A DNA stretch of 64,000 nt from Lama guanicoe (lineage: Eukaryota): NCBI GenBank assembly GCA_013239625.1, contig MU056434.1:868001-932000 (forward strand), written 5' to 3'. Shown here piece after piece: positions 51,901-64,000 of this stretch. The notes under the pieces are model-generated. The model was given only the letters and a program-made list of their open reading frames with translations, was not told the origin of the DNA and made no database searches. Each line of letters begins with the position of its first letter. Position 1 is the stretch's first letter. The position numbers and the translations under genes were made by a program.

Positions 51901-54900
51901 CAGGCAGGGGACCCAGGGAAGATGCCAGCCAGGGCGGGAGGTTGTGGCTAGGCTCTGGCCACCCCTCCTAAATGGTGTGACCCCGCCTGTGGGCCTCTCT
52001 GAGCCTCAGTTTCCTCATCTGGGAGTTGTGTTCCTAACAAGTACTTGGGGGTGCTGGGACCAGAGCTGGCACACAGGGAGCCTGTGCACAGCCCTGATGA
52101 TTAGAGGTCTCCCAGCCAGCCTGTGGCAACAGTGGCCTCCTGACTGCCACTCTGAGCACAGTGGTAGCCTTGAAGCTCTGCCTGCACATGTGTGGCCACA
52201 CCTAATTCCTCTGCCCTGAGAATCCTCCCCACACACCCGCCACACCCCAGACCCAGCTCTGCCCTGCTGTCTGACACAGGTGCCCGTGGCTGACACGAGC
52301 CGTGTCCCCAGCTGTTCCCGTCTACAATGGCATCCTCTTCCTCTTCGTCCTGGCCAACTTCAGCATGGCCACCTTCATGGACCCCGGCGTCTTCCCCCGA
52401 GGTAGGGCCCTGGGCCGGAGCAGCTCAGCAGCTCACTTGTGCTAGAGTGTGAGTGGCTGACTTGGGAGAGCCTGGCGGGGGTGGGGGTAGGAGTAGAGGG
52501 CCCCAGTGGGCGGGCTGGCTGGGGAGAGGTTCTGCCAGGGAAGTCACTCTCCTGCCGCCCCACCCCGTCCTGGCCCACAGCGGACGAGGACGAGGATAAG
52601 GAGGACGACTTCCGGGCCCCGCTGTACAAGAACGTGGATGTGCGGGGCATCCAGGTCCGTATGAAGTGGTGCGCCACCTGCCACTTCTACCGCCCGCCGC
52701 GCTGCTCCCACTGCAGCGTCTGCGACAACTGTGTGGGGGTGACCACCCCTCCCACCCCCACCCCAGCCCTCCTCCCTGCCCACTGTGCTCCCTGACCCAC
52801 TTCTCCTGCCCAGGACTTCGACCACCATTGCCCCTGGGTCAACAACTGCATCGGCCGCCGCAACTACCGCTACTTCTTCCTGTTTCTGCTGTCACTCAGC
52901 GCACACATGGTGGGCGTGGTTGCCTTCGGCCTGGTCTACGTGCTGCACCACGCGGAGGGTCTCGGTGCCGCACACACCACCATCACGTATCCTTGACCTG
53001 ACCACGGGGCCGTGAGGGGACACCTCTCGGGGGTCTCGAGGCTCAGAGTCCCTGGGGAGCAGGCTTCCTCCCGGAATGGGTGGTGGGGAGGGGTGGGTGG
53101 TTTGTCCACAGGCACCTGCTCTGTGTCTTCACCCCTGGCCGTTGGCCTTAACAGGCCAGCATGGCTGTCATGTGTGTGGCTGGTCTCTTCTTCATCCCTG
53201 TCATTGGCCTCACCGGCTTCCACGTGGTGCTGGTCACTCGGGGTCGAACCACAAATGAGCAGGTGCAGACCTGGTGGGGCTGGGCAGGGTGGGGGTGGGG
53301 ATGGGCATGAGAGGGTCCCAGGTGACCTGAGGGAAGAGCAGGGATGCACAGGGGCTGGGGGTGGGTCAGGGCAAGGCCATGGGGGCTCTGAGCCAGTGTG
53401 GCCTGGGCAGCTGTGGTGGGAAGCTCTGGCCCTGCAGCCCCTGGGGGTGGTTTGGGATGTGGGGTCTGGACTGCCCTGTATCCTGCTCACTCCCACCTGT
53501 GGACACTGTAGTCACTAGGGAATCAGAGCCCAGAAATTCCATAGCCACACACAGGGGCTGGCCCTGGTGACCTGGGTGGGGGCACCCCTGGGCTGGCCCG
53601 GCCTGTCCCCATGCCCTCCTTGGCCTGGACCCAGAGTGGCTACGCTGGCTGAGGGGTTCGCTGTCCACAGGTGACCGGGAAGTTCCGTGGGGGCGTGAAC
53701 CCCTTCACCCGTGGCTGCTATGGGAACGTGGAGCACGTGCTGTGCAGCCCCCTGGCACCCCGGTGAGGCCCGGGGGGGTGGAGGGGCCTCTGCTGGGGTG
53801 GGGGTCAGCCATGGATCCTCAGCCTGATCAACTGACCGCTCTGCCGCTGGTGCAGGTATGTGGTAGAGCCGCCCCGCCTGCCGCTCGCCGCCCGCCTGAA
53901 GCCGCCTTTCCTTCGGCCGGAGCTCCTGGAGCGAGCGGCACCTCTCAAGGTCAAGCTGAGCGACAACGGGCTAAAGGCTGGCCTGGGCCGCAGCAAGGTG
54001 GGGCCCGNNNNNNNNNNNNNNNNNNNNNNNNNNNNNNNNNNNNNNNNNNNNNNNNNNNNNNNNNNNNNNNNNNNNNNNNNNNNNNNNNNNNNNNNNNNNN
54101 NNNNNNNNNNNAAGTCAGGGGGCCTGGACGAATTTGGACTCTGAGGGAGAGTCCACACCCCAGGAAGGAGTCCCGGTTAAGCCCCACCCCTGGCCTGCAC
54201 CCTATCCACCACTGACCACGCCCCCTCCCAGTCCAAGGGCAGCCTGGACCGGCTGGATGAGAAGCCGCTGGACCTGGGGCCACCGCTGCCCCCCAAGGCA
54301 GAGGCCGGCACGTTTGCCAGCGACCTGCAGACCCCACGCCCGGGCAGTGCTGGTGAGGTGGGGGCGGCCGAACGGAGGGCGGGGCGCGGACTGATCCCAG
54401 CTTGACCGTGGTCCGTCTCCCCCAGAGAGCGCCCTGTCGGCGCAGAGGACCAGCCCCCCGACCCCCGCCATGTACAAGTTCCGGCCCGCCTTTCCCACGG
54501 GTCCCAAGGCGCCCTTCTGTGGGCCGGGCGAGCAGGTGAGGAGGCCCGCCCCTCCCCGAGGTCCCGCCCCCGAGGAGGTCCTTCTTGAGACCCCGCCCTC
54601 GAAGGCTCCAGAGCCCCACCCCCAGGCCTCACCCCCGAGGGCCCCGCCTGGGTCACAGAGGGTGCGGGCATCCCAGCTGGGGGCGGTGGAGCAGGGCAGG
54701 GCAGGGCAGGGTGTCCAGGGAGGGGCTGGCACAGAGTCCTGGACCCCCCCCACACTGCCCTTGGCCAGCGTTGCCTCTGCCCCCAGGAGCCTTGTGTGCC
54801 TGGGTGCCTGGAATTCCACCATTAGTCACTGCATACGCCGGCGTGGAAGCTTCAGAGGAATCTGAGATTGTTTGAGGAAGCACGCGGAGCAGTGGGCAGC

Positions 54901-57900
54901 CTGAGCAGGGACCCAGAGCCCGAGGTTCCTGGGCTGCCTGCCTCCTTCAAGGCCACTCAAGGGCAGGGCCATGGCTGGGATGGCACTCTTAGACCAGCCC
55001 ATCTCCCCCAGGGACGCCCTCTCCACCCCTACCAGTGTCCTGCCTGACCCTGCCTCTGGGGCCCACTGGTCCAGGCAGTCACTCTGGGCCTCCCTGGCCA
55101 GTGTGTGGTGGCCCTTCTGGGGAAAGGGGATCTTTAGGTGGTTGCCCCCTTCCTGGGATTGTCCTGTGTCTTACGAAGGGTCCAGCTGGTTTGCCAAGTG
55201 CCTTGAGGTTATATTTGCCCCCAAACACGCCCCTTCTGGGTTTTGAGGTTCCACAGGCTCTTGTCCCAGCCCAAGCCCAAGCTGGGTAGTCTCCGAGGGT
55301 ACCACCCTGGTGTCTGCAGCAGCCAGCTCTGGCCTTGCACTGCCCGCCCTGCCCCTCAGCTGTGGGGTGTCCGGGGGAGGGCCCTGGGTCGCTGTGGAGT
55401 TATCAAGTCTCCTCCAGGTCCTGCTCCCCAGGCTGACCCTGCACCCCCTTCTCACCGGGGGAGCGCAGCAGGGTCAGATGTGCAGCCTTCCCTGGGGAAA
55501 TACTGGAGCCCTGCTCCCCTCCGACCTGTCCCTACTTCCTTCCGTAGTGGGCAGGGGACAGAGAGCTTCTGGGAACAACTCAGTTGCACCTGCTGCTACC
55601 TTTGATGCTACCAGGACTGCCACCTCCAAGTGTGCACAAGGCACTTGGTGACCAGGCAGGGCATGGCCGGTGGGCAGAGGTGGACATCACCCTCTCTCCC
55701 TGCAGGTCACGGGCCCTGACTCTCTGACTCTGGGGGAGGACAGCATCCACAGCCTGGACTTTGCATCTGAGCCCAGCCTGGACCTTCCTGACTACCCGCC
55801 CAGTGGCCTGCACGCGGCCTACCCACCATCCCCACCACTCAGCGCCACTGACACCTTCTCGGGTGCCTTGCGCTCCCTGAGCCTCAAGGCTGCAAGCCGG
55901 CGGGGTGGGGATCACATGGCCCTGCAGCCCCTGCGCTCCGAGGGTGGGCCCCCCACGCCCCACCGCAGCATCTTCCCCTCCCATGCGCTGCCCAACCGCA
56001 ACGGCAGCCTGTCCTATGACAGCCTGCTGAACCCTGGCTCGCCTGGGGGCCACGCGTGCCCGGCCCACCCCTCGGCGGGTGTGGCTGGCTACCGTGCTCC
56101 CTACCTGCATGCAGGGGCAGTGGGTGACCCCCCGCGGCCCCCGCTCCGCAGCTTCAGCCCCGTGCTGGGTCCCCGGCCACGGGAGCCCTCGCCAGTGCGC
56201 TACGACAACCTGTCCAGGACCATCATGGCCTCCATCCAGGAGCGCAAGGACAGGGAGGAGCGCGAGAGGCTGCTGCGCTCTCAGGCCGACTCACTCTTCG
56301 GAGACTCGGGCGTCTACGATGCGCCCAGCTCCTACAGCCTGCAGCAGGCCAGTGTGCTGTCTGAGGGCCCCCGCGGCCCAGCGCTGCGCTACGGCTCCAG
56401 GGATGACCTGGTGGCTGGGCCCGGCTTCGGAGGCGCCCGCAACCCGGCGCTACAGGCCTCACTGTCCTCGCTGTCCAGTGCCGTGAGCCGGGCGCCACGG
56501 ACCTCCTCCTCCTCCCTGCAGGCCGACCTGACTAACAGCAGTGCCCCAGGGACCCGGCCCCCCAGTGGCTCGCACAGGTCGCCCGCACGCCAGGTCCCTC
56601 CGTCCCCTCCCGGCACTCCTCGCTCGCCCTCCTACGGGGGCCCCAAAGCCGTCGCCTTCATCCACACGGACCTCCCGGAACCGCCGCCCTCACTGGCCAT
56701 GCAGAGGTGGGTGCTGGGGTGGCAGTTGGCTTCCTGGCACGGGGCAGCTCTCTGGCCGCCTGCAGGACCTCTTGGCCAAGCTCATGTGGGTTGCCCGGGA
56801 GGCCTGTGGCTGCCTAGCGGGGAGGGCCTCACCCACCTTGAAGGCTTCTGGTGGCCTATGTGAGGGCTGCCCAGTTCCAGGGTTTCCCAGCAGGTCTGGG
56901 AACGGGGGCAGAAGGATTGAATCTTGAGCCCAATGCCCTACATTCTGCCCCCACCGCACAGACCCAGTGTGTGGGAGACCCTGGTGCCACTGGCCCCATC
57001 CAGAAGGCTGAGTCAGGGGGATGTCACCCCACAGAAAACATGCCACCCTGGGTGCACACAGGCCCAGGAAGCAAGGGCTTCCCTGCTCAGAGATGGGAAA
57101 GCTGAGGCTCAGAGTGGGCAGCAGGTCCCAGGCCCCAGAGGTGGGTGCGGGCTGGCTGCCTGTCAGGGTCAGGTCCAAGTACGAGAGCTGAGCACCTGCT
57201 GTGTGCCAGCCCCATGCTGGACATCACCAGGCGTCAGCCAGCTGCTGGGAGCAAGGGATGGGTTGGCCAGGAGGTTGGTGTTGTGGGTGCAGGTCAAGAG
57301 GGTGCCAGCCAAGAGGCAGCCAAAGGAGGGAGGGGCTCCTGCCCACATGAATGTTTGGGCAGCAGTGTCGACCACACCATTGGTCAGTGCTGGATAGGCT
57401 GGGGGGCAGAAGGGCAGCCCCTCGTTTTCCTAGGAGGGAGCAGGGAGGAGGCCACCTAGTCACCTCTGGGCTCCAAAGCTCGGGGCACCAGGACAGGGCA
57501 GGGTCCAGGGTCTCAACTGGCCAGCGTCCCTCTGACCTCCCTGTATTGTGTGGTCTGTGCCAGTCCAGTGGGAGTGACCCAGTGGCTTGGGAGGCCATTT
57601 TGGTGTCTCTCTGTCCTGTGACAGCAGGGCCCTTCCCCTGCAGGCTCTGCGCCCTGACGCAGCTCCATGTGAGAGCTTTTGCACTCAGATCAGGGGCTGC
57701 CCAGGGTTCCATCTGTGTCTGTGTCCTCTGTCCCATTGCCTCTGCTGGCCTCTGTCCTGCCGTGGTCCCGTGTTCACCGTGTGCGTGCGTATGTCTGCTT
57801 ATTTTGATGCAGGGACCACCCTCAGCTGAAGACCCCCCCAAGTAAGCTTAATGGGCAGTCCCCGGGCCTGGCCCGCTTGGGCCCTGCCACCGGCCCCCTG

Positions 57901-57984
57901 GGGCCCTCCGCCAGCCCCACGCGGCACACGCTCGTTAAGAAAGTATCCGGCGTGGGTGGGACCACGTACGAGATCTCGGTGTGA
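45981..57984 (+). CDS. ZDHHC8: Palmitoyltransferase ZDHHC8, 765 aa; coding exons 45981-46084, 52280-52401, 52581-52738, 52814-52986, 53160-53262, 53671-53762, 53856-53997, 54232-54352, 54426-54535, 55706-56706, 57813-57984
   Basis: Starts [22 protein letters not shown] motif, [51 protein letters not shown] motif and C-terminal PDZ ligand TTYEISV*; 2298 nt in phase. Confidence 0.98.
49480..49775. repeat. Low-complexity TG/CA-rich degenerate microsatellite in ZDHHC8 intron 1
   Basis: Long stretch of alternating purine-pyrimidine (tgtgtg, cacaca, tgcatg). Confidence 0.7.
51985..52100 (+). mobile_element. MIR SINE fragment
   Basis: MIR core motif cctctctgagcctcagtttcctcatctg. Confidence 0.65.
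52987..53159 (+). other. U12-type (minor spliceosome) GT-AG intron, ZDHHC8 intron 4
   Basis: 5' site GTATCCTT, branch sequence CCTTAAC at 53146-53152 just before the 3' AG, and no polypyrimidine tract between branch site and AG. Confidence 0.92.
54008..54111. other. Assembly gap (104 N) in ZDHHC8 intron 7
   Basis: Run of N. Confidence 1.
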
Positions 57985-59307
57985 GGACTGACTGCCACTC
58001 GTCGCCGTGGCACCATGGGAGCCAGGAAGCCCCAGCGGCTGCCCCCCTCCCAACTTCTCTGCCCCGGGAGAGGAGGCCCAGGCTTGGTGTGGACGCATCG
58101 GCGGGAGAGAGAACCACGCCTCCACGAGCCTATCCCTCGTCCTCGGCCCGGCCACCCACCCATCTGCTCACCAGGGCACAGCCCAGACAAGGGCCATGAG
58201 GCTGCAGGATCTATGTGCTGGCCCCATGGGCGGGGCCAGCATGGGGGCTGGACTGCACCTGTGCCCCTGAGATTGTCACCAGGCCAGTGCCCACCCATTT
58301 CCCTTACAGATGGGTCCTCCCAGACCGAGGACCCTGCCGCCCGGCTGCTCCTAACCCTCTGGAAGCTTGTGGCTTGGCAAGGCCTTCTCTTCTGCGGGGA
58401 GTCCAGGCCCAGCTCTGGGTTTTGAGGGACCGTGGGCAAACGGGCAGCCAGCTGTGGGTGGGGTCCTGGCTCCGTGTGTCTCGTCTGGCCCAGCTGGTGG
58501 GCGTGTCCCCGTGTCTGTGCGCTGAGCTGCCCTGCTGCGTCCCATGTGTTAATGCTCAGGCCCTGCTGCTCCCACTGCCGGGAAACTCGCTTTAATCGAA
58601 GCCTTAACCTCTGCTTTATGCTCTTGTGGGAGGCTCTGGGGGCCGGGGGAGCAGCCACAGGGGGCCCAGAAGACCCCCACCCAAGGCACGCAGCATCCAG
58701 GCCCCGCTGGAGCCTCCGCGCCCATGTGGGAAGCACATCGGGGAGGGTCGGCGTTTTGTCTGGCGCCAGGGACCCGCGAGTAAGCACACGGCAGCGTCCG
58801 CTTGCGTTGTGTCTGTTTTATGTTTTTATATCTACATCTATATATCTATAATTTTATTAAAAAAAGAAAAAGAGTCATTTTGATCCTTTCCTTGAGCCCC
58901 TGGCCTGGTGGGGGGAAGAGCGGGTCCAGCTCCGGGAGAGGCCGCTGACTTATGCCGAGTTGGAGGCCGGGGAGGTGGGGGCTGGCCGGCTGGTCTTTGG
59001 CTGACGGGCGTGAGGCTCCCCTGGGTCTGCGTCATCCCTGGCAGTGACAGGCTGTTTGGAGAGCGGCTGGGGCTGCAGCAGCCTCAGGGGCCCCCGGGGC
59101 TCCGGGAGTAAGGAGTGCCCGCTGGCTGGAGGCCTGTGGGGCCACCGCCACGTCCTGTAGCTGCGGCCCCTGGGGCGGGGGCAACAGGAGCACACAGGTT
59201 TCCAGAGCCACGTGGGAGGTGCGCGGGCCTCGGGCGCCCAGTGGGGGTGGTCCTGCCTTGCTGACCTCCACTTTCTGCTTCTTTCTCATGGGACGCTGCA
59301 ACCGCAG

Positions 59308-59533
59308 GGGGTGGACCGGCACCTGCAGCCGTGGATGGGGGCGGCGTGGCCAGCCCCGGGCGCCCCCCGGCCTGCACCTGTGCCACCTCGGCCTCCCTGA
59401 GGACCGCCCAGCTCTGCGGGCCTCCTGGAGCCCGGCTGCTGGGGCGCCCTACCGCGGGGCTGTGTGCCGCCTGCACTCGGCTGCCTCCAGCCTTTTCCCC
59501 AGCCTCTCGGGGCCTGAGCGGGACTCCAAGTAG
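59308..59533 (+). CDS. ZDHHC8: Alternative last coding exon of ZDHHC8 (783-aa isoform lacking the PDZ ligand)
   Basis: Acceptor CAG|G in the same phase as exon 11, with an upstream ctgac branch and pyrimidine tract. It reads GWTGTCSRGWGRRGQPRAPPGLHLCHLGLPEDRP...SSLFPSLSGPERDSK*, resembling the recalled human long-isoform tail. Confidence 0.7.
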
Positions 59534-60268
59534 GCCACTCCAGGGCTCAGGACAGCCCAGCCCAGAAGGACAGCCCAGGAGGCAGGCTGCCACGGACCCT
59601 GGGATGTGGGCTGGGGTCCCCTGTCCACCAGCTGCACCTTGTCTGACCCCGAGCCCACCAGGGCCCGTGACCCTGTGCCCTCCCACCTCAGGAAGTCCCC
59701 ACCTGCTGCAGAGATTCCAACGCCCCAGGCAGAGGCCCCTGGGCTGCTGGGACCAGCACGGCCTTCCCAGGTGCCTCGTCCCCAACCTCCCTGTCTGACC
59801 GAGCACTTTACATGACACTTCCTCCCCAGGGAGCCTGGGCTCTGTGGGTAGGCCGAGTAGGGGCCTCAGGTGCCCCTGCGGATCAGTGCGCTCCCCTCTC
59901 CCCGCACCCAGCACACGGACAGATGCCTTAACCTCCTGGAGCCCCCACCAGGTGGGCCGCAGGGGCCTGGCCAGGGCGGGGTGACCCCGCTGTCCAGCAC
60001 GGTTCTGCTCATGCTCTGCCCTGGCCCCGCCTGGGCGGTCTTGACTCCACTCGGAGATGCTCTCGCACCTGGGGAGCTCAGAGGGCCTGGCTGCCCACAG
60101 CCCTGCCATCCCCAGACAGCTGGGCAGGGCCACCTCCAGGGGAGGGGTGGGGCCCTGGCCGCCTGCTGCCTGGGCGGGGGCTCTGTTTCTCCCACTTGGG
60201 GGTGAGCAGCCACAAAGCGGTTCTCTATTGTTCGAAAGGTATCCCTCCCACCCCACTTTCATGCACTA

Positions 60269-60274
60269 AATAAA
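60269..60274 (+). terminator. Distal ZDHHC8 polyadenylation signal
   Basis: AATAAA followed by a GT/T-rich element. A proximal ATTAAA lies at 58856-58861. Confidence 0.7.
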
Positions 60275-60971
60275 ATCTTTGGTGTTTATCTCCATGACTC
60301 TGTCCACAAATGTGGTCCCCCGTCTTTCGAGCCTTGGGCAGTGCCAGGAGCCTGGACTGGACAGGGACCCTGGGTTGGGGAGGGAACAGGAACAGGGGTC
60401 ATGGTGGTGACTGGGCAGGTGTGGGGAGGGTAGGGTGGTCAGCCAGATAGGAACAGGGTTATGTGAGGGGTATGAGGCCACTGGGTCAGCAGAGCCAGGG
60501 CTGAGACCCTGATCCCTGTGGTCTGCTGGTTGGGTCGGCCCCAGGGGTGAGGCCTGAAGAATCGTGTCCTACTTTTAGTGGAGCTCCCCCTGCACACCCT
60601 CAGAGCCCCTCTGGGAAGGGCTGGGGGCTTCCTCTGGAGAGGCTGCCATGGGCCAGGAGGCTGGAGCATGGGGGATGAGGCAGGGGCGCCACTCTGAGGG
60701 ACCCCCGACGGCAAGATTGGCCTCAGAAGGTGGCAAAGGCCCTTGCCCCACCCCATTTCCATGGAAACAAGCTCACAGGCCATGTGTGTCATGACTATAT
60801 GTCCACCACAGGCCCAGCCCTCAAGACAGACCCTGCCTCCATCCTTCTCCAAGGCTCCTGGCAGGGACAGTGCGTGGCCGTGCCATGGGCAGGGGCCAGA
60901 ATGGCTGCTGGGCACCAGGGGCAGCGCTGACTGCCTGGCCTCCTCCTCGCTGGGGCCGTTGGGCCTTCGGC

Positions 60972-63394
<2,423 letters not shown>

Positions 63395-63689
63395 TCAGGG
63401 AGGTCATAATGGGCTGGGGTTGTGGCCAGAGCCAGGGCTGGCAGGGCCCCTCCCACCAGGTCCCTGCTCCTGAAGCGGCCCCAGCTGTCAGCCCTCTGCG
63501 TCTTCCTTACCACACCCGCCTCAGCCGGTCACTCAGACACGTGGTGAGAACAGAATCAGTCAACAGACAAGGTGTCCAGTGTGACCCCACGCCCGTGCCC
63601 CTGAGTGCAGCCATGCTGACCTTTCATCCCGCACAGCCAAGTCTCACGGCCTCACTCCTCACACAGGGGGCGCCCTACAGCCTAGCTTT

Positions 63690-63830
63690 TTACCTAACAT
63701 ATCTCCAAGGTTCTAAAAATCATTTATTAAACATTTCAGTCCTGCAAGGACAGTTACTAGCCTCTCTTTACAGGTGGGGGAACTGAGGCAGGAAGACACT
63801 GAGTCCTGTGCCCAAGGCCACCTGCTGTTC
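63690..63830 (-). mobile_element. MIR SINE fragment
   Basis: Contains tttacaggtgggggaactgaggcagg...tgcccaaggccac. Confidence 0.6.
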
Positions 63831-64000
63831 AGTGCCGGGGAGGGGTGTGTGTGGGGGAGTGGGGGGACCAGAGTCTCCTCCTCAGAGTATTATTTTAACA
63901 ACTGCAGAGGGCGTCCAGGGGTGGAGCCCGAGGCAGGCCCCTGGACGGTCTCTCCTCCCTTCTTTCCAGCATCTGTCATGCGGTCTGTCCCATTGCACCC

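Overview
This is GC-rich mammalian genomic DNA, most likely from a camelid (camel or alpaca lineage), judging from a Vic-type tRNA-derived SINE. It is orthologous to the human 22q11.2 (DiGeorge) interval. The gene order is the 3' part of TANGO2 (+), DGCR8 (+, complete except for an N-gap in exon 2, with the miR-3618 and miR-1306 hairpins), TRMT2A (-) and RANBP1 (+) on a shared bidirectional CpG promoter, an H/ACA snoRNA SNORA77 in RANBP1 intron 5, ZDHHC8 (+, two alternative last exons) and CCDC188 (-). I traced all coding exons by hand from GT/AG sites, and they join in frame. Old L1, L2, MIR and MLT1 fragments fill introns and intergenic space, and there are three N-gaps. I found no new multi-gene system; this is a well-studied locus. 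The most notable signals are second-layer codes: (1) an 82-codon alternative RANBP1 first exon antisense inside TRMT2A exon 2; (2) in ZDHHC8, a U12-type intron, an overlapping 88-codon uORF, a duplicated promoter module, a PDZ-less alternative tail and an E128G change; (3) uORFs around the DGCR8 Microprocessor hairpin; (4) a snoRNA with an intact 18S guide pocket; (5) a near-perfect 330-bp tandem duplication that may be an assembly artefact. Comparisons to human sequences are from memory, not from a search.
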